Origin: a virus
DNA: 64,000 bases
Reading direction: 5' to 3' (one strand)
IMG/VR virus record: IMGVR_UViG_3300025237_000001
Coordinates: 1-64,000 of that record
Numbering within the stretch: position 1 is the first letter of the stretch; each line of letters opens with the position of its first letter. The position numbers and the translations under genes were made by a program. Below the pieces are notes generated by a model. It was not told where the DNA came from. It saw only the letters and a program-made list of their open reading frames with translations, and did not search any database. Of the stretch, positions 18,019-26,805 are shown one piece after another.

Positions 18019-18691
18019 TATTCATTATTTTTATATTTTTAGGGTCGAATACCATTCTAACCGTTGATTTAACGTTACCACCTTCGTAAGCATCTAAAAC
18101 ACCTACAACGTCAATATAATCAAAACCAAACCACTCACCTATTACAGCAACCACATCAGTTTTCAATCCTTTATCGTTATTTTGATAATAACTAAATTGT
18201 TTTATTGCCTTGTTGACATCATCTTCTGGGACACCAGCACTAACAAAACCTCTTATTACTTTATTAACATCAATAAACCTAAATCTATCACCAGTTGCTA
18301 CAATTGTAACTACCTTACCATCGTTAAGATGGGTCGTTAATACCTTTTCTTCAGCACCTTGATAATCCATTGACCTTCTAGGGTTTGCATATGTTTTAGC
18401 GATGCTTCTAACATTGGTTAAAAATACTGGTTTTCTCATTTTAAATTGAGCTTTCAGTTTAGGTACTAAATCTAAATATCTAAAATACGCATCTTCATCA
18501 CCACTTTCTCTACTTACTTTAATTTTATTTTGTAATTCGTAATACTGAGTTAAGTCGCTGATATAGTCTACAGAAATAGTTCTAGACGAAAACCCACCTT
18601 CTTTTTCTAAATTTCTAACATCAGGTGTCCCATGATACCAAACATTATTTAAACCTTCGTTTAATAATCTTTTAATAATCTTTTTACTCAT
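18005..18691 (-). CDS. ADP-ribosyltransferase-fold protein (ART-PolyVal-like)
   Basis: WYHGT...GF...VFLT...A..YA...GFD....V...VFDP..IKI pattern directly after LLNE. Confidence 0.55.
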   Translation of the reverse strand: MSKKIIKRLLNEGLNNVWYHGTPDVRNLEKEGGFSSRTISVDYISDLTQYYELQNKIKVSRESGDEDAYFRYLDLVPKLKAQFKMRKPVFLTNVRSIAKTYANPRRSMDYQGAEEKVLTTHLNDGKVVTIVATGDRFRFIDVNKVIRGFVSAGVPEDDVNKAIKQFSYYQNNDKGLKTDVVAVIGEWFGFDYIDVVGVLDAYEGGNVKSTVRMVFDPKNIKIMNNERY

Positions 18692-18706
18692 ATTAATAAA
18701 TATAAA

Positions 18707-18728
18707 AAAAGCCCTAAAAAGGGCTTTT
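18707..18728. terminator. terminator downstream of clpC
   Basis: AAAAGCCCT-aaaa-AGGGCTTTT; T-run on the minus strand. Confidence 0.7.
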
Positions 18729-18731
18729 AAT

Positions 18732-21218
18732 TTAATTGGTTACTTTAGTAGTAATCCCATCCTTAGTATTGTAGGATAGTTTTATAGTTCCACCCTCTTT
18801 TAGTTTACCATCCATGACGGCATCCGTGATAGGGTCTTCAACATATTTCTGTATCGCTCTCTTAAGAGGTCTAGCACCATATTCTTTATGGTAACCTTCT
18901 TTAGCAATGAAATCCATCGCTGATTTATTTACGACCATCTTGTAATTTAATTCAAGGATGCGTTCTTTAACCTCTTTGATTTCATTCTTGATAATTACGT
19001 TGAGATTTTCTTGTGTTAAAGGGTTAAAAATGATAGTTTCATCAATTCTATTCAAGAATTCTGGTTTGAATTTATCCTTAAGTGCTTTTTGTATAATACT
19101 TTTAGCCCTTTCCTCTTCATCAATAGAGGTGTTGTTACTTCCGTATCCAATACCTCTACCAAATTGTGATAATTCTTTCACACCTATGTTAGAAGTCATA
19201 ATAATTAAAGCGTTTTTAAAGTCCACTTTTCTATCATTACTATCAGTTAAATGACCTTCATCTAATACTTGAAGTAAAAGGTTGAAAACATCTGGATGTG
19301 CCTTTTCAATTTCATCAAAAAGAATAACTGAATAAGGGTTTCTTCGTACAGCCTCAGTGAGTTTACCACCTTCTCCGTAACCGACATAACCTGGAGGTGC
19401 TCCCACCAATTTAGACATCGAGAATTTCTCCATGTATTCGGACATATCCATTCTTATTAGTGAATCATCATTATCAAATACGTGCTTAGCAAGTGTTTTA
19501 GTAACGAATGTTTTACCTACACCAGTTGGTCCAAGGAATATAAAGGACCCAATTGGTTTATTACTATTTCTAATCCCTAATCTACTTCTTCTAATTGCTT
19601 TAGAGATTTGTTTAACCGCTTCGTCTTGACCAATAATTTCCTTTTTAAGTTCTGCTTCAAGATTTTTAAGTGAGTTATTCTCTGTTGTTGTAACTTTGGT
19701 TAACGGAATACCAGTCATAGTTGAAATAACCTTCTCAACAATCTCTTCTGTAATTATAGTTTTGTCTTTAAGATTACTATCTTCCCATTTCTCCATCATT
19801 TCTTCCAACTTAGCTTCAAATTCTTTACGTTTATCACGCATCATTGCCGCATCTTCGAAATCTTGTTTGTTTATGATTTCCTTCATTTGGTCTTTAAGAG
19901 CTTGAATTTTAATTTTCAGTTCTTTGATTTGCACTGGTAACTTGATATCAATATTTGTTGATGCACCAGCTTCATCTAGGATGTCAATGGCTTTGTCAGG
20001 CATCGCTCTATCAGAGATGTAACGATTTGCTAACTTAACAATGTATTCAACTACGTTATCGTCATAACTTACATTATGATATTTCTCGTAGTTTACTTTA
20101 ATATTTTTAAGAATTGTAACGGTTTCGTCTAAACTTGGTTCTTTTATCAATACTTGTTGGAAACGTCTAGTTAATGCACCATCGGTTTCAATATTTTCTC
20201 TAAATTCATCAAGAGTAGTTGCTCCAATTATTTGTATCTCACCTCTCGCTAATGCTGGTTTGAATATATTGGATGCGTCTAATGAACCTGATGCGTTACC
20301 CGCACCTACAAGTGTATGTAGTTCATCGATAAACAGAATTACATCTTGATTATCTTTTAATTCACTTAAGATAACTTTCATACGCTCTTCAAATTGTCCT
20401 CTGTACTTTGTTCCAGCTACGATTGAAGCTAAATCCAATGAGAATATTCTTTTTCCTAATAGAGGTCTAGGTGCGTCACCAGTATTTATCAAAGTTGCTA
20501 GACCTTCAATGATTGAAGTCTTTCCAACTCCTGGTTCTCCAATCAGTACTGGGTTGTTTTTCTTACGTCTCGATAGGATTGCAGTAACTCGTCTTATTTC
20601 ATCTTCACGACCTACTACTGGGTCGATTTTACCTTCCAATGCTGCTTTTGAGATATCTCTACAAAAACCGTCTAAGGCTGGTGTTTTAGAAGCGTTAGCT
20701 TTAGAAGTAGCACGCTTTTTAGGTTTTAATGGTTGTGTACTTTCATATTCATCTTCGGGTGTCATATCCATATCGTTATCGTTTTCTGCCATAAGCTTTG
20801 TTTTAAATATTTTATAGTTTATTTTTAGTTCTACGAGCATTTTTTGTGCCACACATTTGGTTTTTAAGATACCTAACATGATATGTGCTTCACTAATAGT
20901 ATCATCTCCCATTCCACTACATTCTTTTTGCATTTCTTCAATTACAAATTTAGTGTCGGAACTTGGTAAAATCTCTTCTTTAGTGAGGTACGCTCTATTA
21001 TTGTTGATTATATTTTGTGTTAAGTGAGTTGTCAATTTTTCAAATAAAGCATCTACATCAAAGTTCAAGTTTCGTAGAATTTTAACGATACTGTTGTGTT
21101 CGTGCATAATGATTGACAGTAATATATGTTCAGGTCTGAACTTATTGTCTTCATAGTCTTTTGCTTGGTAAATTGCTTTTTTCATCAGCTCACTGGCTGT
21201 CGGTGTCAATTCCATCAT
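18732..21218 (-). CDS. clpC: ClpC-type AAA+ chaperone / protease ATPase
   Basis: Clp N-domain, two AAA+ modules (GEPGVGKT, GPTGVGKT), UVR-type M-domain; also an IG(Y/F)-like loop region RGIGYG. Confidence 0.95.
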   Translation of the reverse strand: MMELTPTASELMKKAIYQAKDYEDNKFRPEHILLSIIMHEHNSIVKILRNLNFDVDALFEKLTTHLTQNIINNNRAYLTKEEILPSSDTKFVIEEMQKECSGMGDDTISEAHIMLGILKTKCVAQKMLVELKINYKIFKTKLMAENDNDMDMTPEDEYESTQPLKPKKRATSKANASKTPALDGFCRDISKAALEGKIDPVVGREDEIRRVTAILSRRKKNNPVLIGEPGVGKTSIIEGLATLINTGDAPRPLLGKRIFSLDLASIVAGTKYRGQFEERMKVILSELKDNQDVILFIDELHTLVGAGNASGSLDASNIFKPALARGEIQIIGATTLDEFRENIETDGALTRRFQQVLIKEPSLDETVTILKNIKVNYEKYHNVSYDDNVVEYIVKLANRYISDRAMPDKAIDILDEAGASTNIDIKLPVQIKELKIKIQALKDQMKEIINKQDFEDAAMMRDKRKEFEAKLEEMMEKWEDSNLKDKTIITEEIVEKVISTMTGIPLTKVTTTENNSLKNLEAELKKEIIGQDEAVKQISKAIRRSRLGIRNSNKPIGSFIFLGPTGVGKTFVTKTLAKHVFDNDDSLIRMDMSEYMEKFSMSKLVGAPPGYVGYGEGGKLTEAVRRNPYSVILFDEIEKAHPDVFNLLLQVLDEGHLTDSNDRKVDFKNALIIMTSNIGVKELSQFGRGIGYGSNNTSIDEEERAKSIIQKALKDKFKPEFLNRIDETIIFNPLTQENLNVIIKNEIKEVKERILELNYKMVVNKSAMDFIAKEGYHKEYGARPLKRAIQKYVEDPITDAVMDGKLKEGGTIKLSYNTKDGITTKVTN

Positions 21219-21222
21219 ATTA

Positions 21223-21305
21223 ATAAATAGTTTTTAATTAAGGCAAATATACACAAAAATAATTTAAAAACAAGTTGTTTTTTCCTTTTTTTTGTAGTAT
21301 AATTG
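21223..21305. promoter_or_regulatory. divergent promoter region clpC / KTSC
   Basis: Minus strand: TATTTAT (21223-21229) and CTTG-N19-TATATTTG (21244-21274). Plus strand: TTG(21275)-N20-TATAATTG(21298-21305). Confidence 0.6.
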
Positions 21306-21331
21306 CGGTATAGAATAAAAACAAACGAATT

Positions 21332-21763
21332 ATGATTTTAAAAAGAACTGTAAATGAGGGAGTTGTAAAAGGACTTTACGACTCAACAAACATTTTGGCA
21401 TCAGAGTATGACCAAACAACTAATAACTTAACCGTAGTATTTAAAAATGGTGGGAAATATAAGTATAATGGAGTGATTATGAAAGACTTCACTAGATTTG
21501 AATTAGCTGATAGCCAAGGAAAAATATTAAATACTCATATTAAAAATAATTATGAGTTTGAAGCTTTGGGTAAAATTGATACTAAAGACATACTTGAAAG
21601 TGTTGCGCTTTTAGAAAAAGATTCGCTTCAAGAATTTGCTGAGGTTGTTAGAGCTAAGGCATTAGACCTAATTGCTGAGGTTGATTCTAACTTAGAGTTA
21701 TCTGATAAAAGAATTGACGAACTAGAATCTGCACTTGCGGTTTACAAAAGTAAAAGAAAATAA
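21332..21763 (+). CDS. KTSC-domain protein
   Basis: STNI.ASEYD.....L.V.FKNG..Y.Y.GV....F......S.GK..N..IK KTSC signature, plus a C-terminal helix. Confidence 0.85.
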   Translation: MILKRTVNEGVVKGLYDSTNILASEYDQTTNNLTVVFKNGGKYKYNGVIMKDFTRFELADSQGKILNTHIKNNYEFEALGKIDTKDILESVALLEKDSLQEFAEVVRAKALDLIAEVDSNLELSDKRIDELESALAVYKSKRK

Positions 21764-22899
21764 TGGGAACAAGAAAAGTTTTTTTGGAGTATATCTGGCT
21801 TGACGGCTCGGAACCCCAACAATTAAGAAGTAAGACAAAAGTAGTGGAAGAAATTCCAACTACTGTACATACTTTATCTAACTGGTCATTTGATGGTTCA
21901 TCAACAGACCAAGCAAAAGCTGGCAAGGGCGAAAATACAGATTGTATGCTCAAGCCAGTTTTTATGGTTAATGACCCCTTTAGAGGTCATGACCATAAGT
22001 TAGTTTTATGTGAAGTGTTTAATCCTGATGGAGTTACACCACATAAAACTAATCATAGGTTTGCATTAAATGAATTTACACGGAAGCCTAAAATAGATAT
22101 TAATGAAAAGATAATAAAATATAAACACTTACCTTGGTTTGGTTGGGAACAAGAATATACCCTGACTCGTAAGACTAAACGTTGGGAACGTGGTGAAGGA
22201 TTACCTTTAGGTTTTAAAGAACCTGAAGTTGAACGAGTTTTAATTGATGGTGAAAAATTAGCATCAAGGATAAATAATGGTGAACCAAGACCTCAAGGAG
22301 ATTACTATTGTGGTGTGGGTGCTGATAATATTGCTGGACGTTCAATAGCCGAAGAACATTTACGTATTTGTGCTGATATAGGAATTGTTATTTCTGGAAT
22401 CAATGCTGAAGTAATGTTAGGTCAATGGGAATATCAAATAGGACCTGTTACTTCGTTAGGTGGTTCTGACCAATTATGGATGTCTAGATATCTTCTTCAA
22501 CGAATAGCTGAAAGAAAAACTGTTAAAGTTTCTTTACACCCAAAACCTAAAAGTGGTGATTGGAATGGCTCAGGTTGTCATGTTAATGTTTCGACTAAAC
22601 AAACAAGAAAAAAAGGTGGTTTAAAAGTCATTGAAGATTTAATGCCACGTTTAGAAACTTTACATAATGAACATATGGACGTATATGGGTTATCTAACGA
22701 TGAGAGACTAACTGGAGACCATGAAACATCAACGATTCACGACTTTAGTTTTGGATATAGTACTAGAGATACTAGTATTAGAATTCCATTACAATCTAAA
22801 ATTGATGGAAAGGGTTATTTTGAAGATAGAAGACCAGCTTCAAATTGTGACCCGTACTTAGTAACACTTAGAATGCTTAAAACAATATACGATGTCTAA
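21763..22899 (+). CDS. glutamine synthetase type II
   Basis: LEYIWLDG...LRSKT...W.FDGSST.QA...EQEY...YYCGVG...INAEVM.GQWEYQ.G...DWNGSGCH...RLTG.HET...YFEDRRPASN.DPY. Confidence 0.93.
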   Translation: MGTRKVFLEYIWLDGSEPQQLRSKTKVVEEIPTTVHTLSNWSFDGSSTDQAKAGKGENTDCMLKPVFMVNDPFRGHDHKLVLCEVFNPDGVTPHKTNHRFALNEFTRKPKIDINEKIIKYKHLPWFGWEQEYTLTRKTKRWERGEGLPLGFKEPEVERVLIDGEKLASRINNGEPRPQGDYYCGVGADNIAGRSIAEEHLRICADIGIVISGINAEVMLGQWEYQIGPVTSLGGSDQLWMSRYLLQRIAERKTVKVSLHPKPKSGDWNGSGCHVNVSTKQTRKKGGLKVIEDLMPRLETLHNEHMDVYGLSNDERLTGDHETSTIHDFSFGYSTRDTSIRIPLQSKIDGKGYFEDRRPASNCDPYLVTLRMLKTIYDV

Positions 22900-23206
22900 A
22901 ATACGATTTATGTACCAGTATTTAAAAGATGAAAATCTTCACTATTTAGCCGAACTTCATGATGATGATGGTGTATTGGGTGAAGATTTTTTTAATACTA
23001 CTGAAGAATTCTTAGAATATACCAAAGTTAATAATATTACCTTTGTGGGTGAGATTAATGCTGAAGTAATGTTAACTGAATTGTTAACCAAAAATATTAG
23101 AATAGAATATGATAATGAACTTGGTGAAGGGGCTTATGATGCAATGCTTAAGCTTGCTGATGAGAATAATATTAAACTAGTAAAAAAATTATATGAAGGA
23201 AATTAA
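22892..23206 (+). CDS. hypothetical protein
   Basis: Overlapping co-oriented ORF. Confidence 0.55.
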   Translation: MSKIRFMYQYLKDENLHYLAELHDDDGVLGEDFFNTTEEFLEYTKVNNITFVGEINAEVMLTELLTKNIRIEYDNELGEGAYDAMLKLADENNIKLVKKLYEGN

Positions 23207-23537
23207 AGATTTAACAATTAAAGATTTAATTCACATAGCTGATTTAGCTACGGGTGGATGGTGTAATAGCGAATGGAGTTCTTTACATAAAGAAGTAGAA
23301 GTAGGTGGTTATGGTAAGCGTAGACGTTTAGAATGGGTTCAAAATTCTGACGGTCCTAATGAAGAACATTACTTCGAAGTGTCATCTGAAAATTCAGATG
23401 GTTGGGCTTGGCATTGTAAAGCAAGAAATGGTGAAGAATTTGTGTTGGTTAATACCATTGCGCCACATAGAATTGTGGATTACCTAAGAGAAAATAAATT
23501 TAATATAGAAAGTAATTATGAACTACAAAAAATATAA
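23193..23537 (+). CDS. hypothetical protein
   Basis: Overlapping co-oriented ORF. Confidence 0.55.
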   Translation: MKEIKDLTIKDLIHIADLATGGWCNSEWSSLHKEVEVGGYGKRRRLEWVQNSDGPNEEHYFEVSSENSDGWAWHCKARNGEEFVLVNTIAPHRIVDYLRENKFNIESNYELQKI

Positions 23538-23871
23538 TAAAATGATTGCTAAGTTTATGGACCAAAAAGATAAACTTAAAGACTCTATGGAGTATGGTAA
23601 GTTCCACCTTCAATGGGATTGGCTAATGCCAGTAGTTGAAAAGATAGAAACTATTAACGACCCACATCATGGGTTTTTTGGAGTTTACATAAGTTCAAAT
23701 TCGTGTTGTATCCAAGGTACCAATCTAAGAACTGATAAAAAACAAGAACCACCAGTGTATTTTAATGACGTTGTACATGATAATAAGTTATCGTCCACAT
23801 ATTCCGCAGTAATTATATTCATTCAATGGTATAATATAACTGAACAATTAAAAGAATTAAGAGGTAAATAG
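23518..23871 (+). CDS. conserved phage protein (WDWLMPVVEKIE; ABA-sandwich-like)
   Basis: N..IA.FM...F...WDWLMPVVEKIE...Y.AV..FI.WYN motif. Confidence 0.55.
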   Translation: MNYKKYNKMIAKFMDQKDKLKDSMEYGKFHLQWDWLMPVVEKIETINDPHHGFFGVYISSNSCCIQGTNLRTDKKQEPPVYFNDVVHDNKLSSTYSAVIIFIQWYNITEQLKELRGK

Positions 23872-23888
23872 AATAAATTTTAAAAACA

Positions 23889-25223
23889 ATGAATAATTTA
23901 GACACAACTTACACAGATTTACTTTCAGACATATTAGATAATGGTATTGTTAAGAGTGATAGAACTGGAACAGGTACAACATCTGTATTCGGTAGACAAA
24001 TAAGACATGATATGTCAGAGGGATTTCCTTTGTTAACTACTAAGAAAATGGCTTACAAGTCAATTATAGTAGAACTACTATGGTTTCTTAAAGGAGATAC
24101 CAACATCAAATACTTGGTTGATAACGGTTGTAATATTTGGAACGGTGACGCTTATAAACATTTTAAAACCACCATAAGCTCTCAAATATCTGATGATAAT
24201 CGACTGAAATTATATGATAAAGGGTATTTACAAGTACGTGGTAAAAATGACGTTAACGGTGGTAGTTATAAATTCAGGGTATTGTCTCAAGAAGAATTTA
24301 TTGAGCGAATTAAAAGTGATGAAGAATTCGCTAAGAAGTGGGGTGATTTAGGACCTATATATGGTAAGCAATGGAGAGGATGGGGTGGATATAAAGATGT
24401 TTTCGAATATGTGGATAACGGTAAAGGTACACCAGTAGGTGTTACCAAGTCTTGGGAAGGTATTGACCAAATAGCTAATGTTATAGACCAACTTAGGAAT
24501 AATCCTGATAGTCGTAGAATTATGGTTAACGCATGGAATGTAGCGGAGGTACCTAACATGACTTTACCACCTTGTCATTATGGATTTCAATTGTATACTA
24601 GAAAATTATCTCTAGAAGAAAGGACTGCTATTTGGGATAAAAAATATCTTAAAGATGTTAATCCTGAAGATGCTATGGACCGTATTAATTTCCATAACAT
24701 CCCAGAAAGAGCTATTTCATTAATGTGGAATCAACGTTCAGTTGATACGTTCTTAGGTTTACCATTTAACATAGCTTCTTATGGATTGTTACTTGAGATA
24801 TTAGCTAATGAAGTTGGGATGGTACCAGACCAATTAATAGGTAATCTAGGTGATACCCATCTATATTCAAATCATTTAGACCAAGCTAGAGAACAAATAG
24901 GTGGTGAATTATCTGACAAATCTTTGATGAATTTATACAAAGAACATGATGCTGAAAACTTTGACGCTTATGTAACGTCAAGAAGACTTAAGAAAGAAGC
25001 TATAAATAAGCAAGACTATGAAGTAGCCGCTAAGGAGAGGGACAATGAAAAGGTGGCTAAGACAGAATTAATTAAAATTGACATACCTACATCTGATAGG
25101 TATCCATACCAGTTACCACAGATGAAAATAGCCGATAAACATTTTGAAGATTTAACAATTGAAGATTTTGAATTGATTGGTTATAAATCTCATTCTGCGA
25201 TTAAAGCACCACTATCTAACTAA
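23889..25223 (+). CDS. thyA: thymidylate synthase with three insertions, one containing a UVR motif
   Basis: DRTGTGT, FPLLTTKK, ELLWFL.G, GP.YGKQWR, LPPCH, QRSVD..LG.PFNIASY, GDTHLY.NH. Confidence 0.95.
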   Translation: MNNLDTTYTDLLSDILDNGIVKSDRTGTGTTSVFGRQIRHDMSEGFPLLTTKKMAYKSIIVELLWFLKGDTNIKYLVDNGCNIWNGDAYKHFKTTISSQISDDNRLKLYDKGYLQVRGKNDVNGGSYKFRVLSQEEFIERIKSDEEFAKKWGDLGPIYGKQWRGWGGYKDVFEYVDNGKGTPVGVTKSWEGIDQIANVIDQLRNNPDSRRIMVNAWNVAEVPNMTLPPCHYGFQLYTRKLSLEERTAIWDKKYLKDVNPEDAMDRINFHNIPERAISLMWNQRSVDTFLGLPFNIASYGLLLEILANEVGMVPDQLIGNLGDTHLYSNHLDQAREQIGGELSDKSLMNLYKEHDAENFDAYVTSRRLKKEAINKQDYEVAAKERDNEKVAKTELIKIDIPTSDRYPYQLPQMKIADKHFEDLTIEDFELIGYKSHSAIKAPLSN

Positions 25224-25263
25224 AAAATTTGGATATTATATATTTATTAATAAATGTTTTAAT

Positions 25264-25692
25264 ATGAGCGATTTATTAATGAAAATGCCAGAACCTTACG
25301 AACCTAAACTTACAAACAGATGGTTGATTAGATTTAAAGGAGATTATAAAGAAATACCAATTTGGGTACCTTCTAAAACATCTAGACCTAAATGGGTAGA
25401 TGGAAAATGGTCCAATATCGAAATTTGTTTGCGTGACCCAATTACTACGTCAACGTCAAAAGTTTTAATGACTGCTGTTAGATTGGCAAGTTCAACGTCA
25501 ACAATAATTGGGAGATTTAGTAAAATTAAATATGACCTAGAGTTGTTAGACTCAACTGGTGTTGTTGTTGAGAAATGGAAAATAAAAGGTTTAGTTGAGG
25601 TCTTTGATTTTGGTGAATTAGATTATACAAAATCCGCTTTAGTAGATATAAAATTGGTAATTAAACCGACAAAGGTTAGATTAGTTTTCTAA
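25264..25692 (+). CDS. tail-tube (gp19)-like protein, divergent
   Basis: MSDLLMKMP.PYEPK..NR...RP...W..I.I.LRDPI...L..LD.TG.V.E.W...FGELDY pattern; ATG 25264 preferred. Confidence 0.55.
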   Translation: MSDLLMKMPEPYEPKLTNRWLIRFKGDYKEIPIWVPSKTSRPKWVDGKWSNIEICLRDPITTSTSKVLMTAVRLASSTSTIIGRFSKIKYDLELLDSTGVVVEKWKIKGLVEVFDFGELDYTKSALVDIKLVIKPTKVRLVF

Positions 25693-25754
25693 AATCACCT
25701 TATTTGGTGTTTTTTCCCTATTTCTATTATATTTATATAAGAAAAGAACCTAAT

Positions 25755-25976
25755 ATGAATGAAGTAATACATTTAGCAGCAGATGCTGTTTTCAGTGATT
25801 TCACATATACAGCTGTATATGCTAGTAGTGGTGCGTCACCCGAAATCAATGGGGTTAGTGTACCAATGGTAGCTGGAAGTACGTTAGTAATATTAGTAAA
25901 AAGTATCACTGCAACGGCTGGTATTTATGTTGTTGGGAGACAACGATTAGTAGCACCTTTAGTAATAAACGGATAA
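25755..25976 (+). CDS. small beta-rich putative structural protein
   Basis: ATG 25755 after TATTTAT 25730-25736; A/V/G/T-rich. Confidence 0.5.
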   Translation: MNEVIHLAADAVFSDFTYTAVYASSGASPEINGVSVPMVAGSTLVILVKSITATAGIYVVGRQRLVAPLVING

Positions 25977-25993
25977 ATTAAATTTATATATAA

Positions 25994-26749
25994 ATGAAAA
26001 ATAAGAACAATATTAAACCTACAGGATTAAAAGGTAACGACCAATTAAGTAGAATGAAAAGCTTAATGGGTGTAGCATCTATTACTGAAAACACAAAAAC
26101 TTCGGTTGTGGAATTAACTAAAACAGGTCCTGATGGAAAGGTATATGGTATCGTTAGAGAGAACCATAAATATTTCATTAAAATAACTAACAAAAAACAA
26201 AATTTAATTGCTGAGGACTTCAGATATATGGGTGGGTTGCAAAACAAAACCGAAAAATCTTATGATAGTTACTCTCAAGCAACTAAACAATTAAATCTTA
26301 AATTCTTAAGCTTAAATGAAGCGTTAGATAAAACTGAGCAAATCAATGTTTTACAAAACGATAATTTATTAGCTGAATCTTTTGATTCTTATTCTGAAAA
26401 ACCAAAGAAAAGTCAACCAGACTCTACTTTAGGAACTGTTAAAGAAATAGGAAAAAACGATGGTCATGAAGAAGAAATCATTGCAGATACTGGTGAAACT
26501 GGTAACCCTGATGTGAAAACTCCACCAGTTGTTGAAGAAGATGAAGATGTAAACGAAGATACTGATGAAATAACTGAAGAAGAAGTTGTTGAAGAAGAGG
26601 ATGTCGTAGAATTAACTGAAAACGAAAAAGCTATTGATAACATCATTCGTGAACTTAAAGCAGAAACTTTAAACGAAAACAAACCAAGCATTACTACAGC
26701 GATACACAAAATCAAAGAGGGAGAAGAAAGCTCAAAAAAAAAAGTGTAA
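25994..26749 (+). CDS. head-region hypothetical protein (N-terminal part of a putative frameshift fusion)
   Basis: Many [ILV]xE motifs, acidic region; ends in SSKKKV on an A10 run. Confidence 0.7.
   Translation: MKNKNNIKPTGLKGNDQLSRMKSLMGVASITENTKTSVVELTKTGPDGKVYGIVRENHKYFIKITNKKQNLIAEDFRYMGGLQNKTEKSYDSYSQATKQLNLKFLSLNEALDKTEQINVLQNDNLLAESFDSYSEKPKKSQPDSTLGTVKEIGKNDGHEEEIIADTGETGNPDVKTPPVVEEDEDVNEDTDEITEEEVVEEEDVVELTENEKAIDNIIRELKAETLNENKPSITTAIHKIKEGEESSKKKV
26734..26746 (+). other. A10 slippery run, candidate -1 frameshift or transcriptional slippage
   Basis: TCA AAA AAA AAA GTG TAA; the -1 frame is open from 26659 and runs into ORF 26806..28146. Confidence 0.6.
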
Positions 26750-26805
26750 CTGAAACTAAATTTAAACTTAAATTAGATAACCCATCTCCTGAGCAACCTC
26801 AAGAA

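Noticed and set aside
18958-20817. Plus-strand ORFs inside clpC and similar shadows inside other long genes
   Set aside because: Fully overlapped by confident genes, with no motifs or start context
7736-21305. A separate E. coli-type sigma70 promoter class (TTGTTT-N17-TATAAT)
   Set aside because: These read TTG-N20-TATAATTG, the same geometry as the TATATTTG promoters with one mismatch, so one class suffices
23889-25223. ThyA as a dUMP hydroxymethylase or intein-containing gene because of its length
   Set aside because: PFN (dUMP-specific Asn) and other ThyA motifs are intact; the extra length comes from three short insertions without splice motifs
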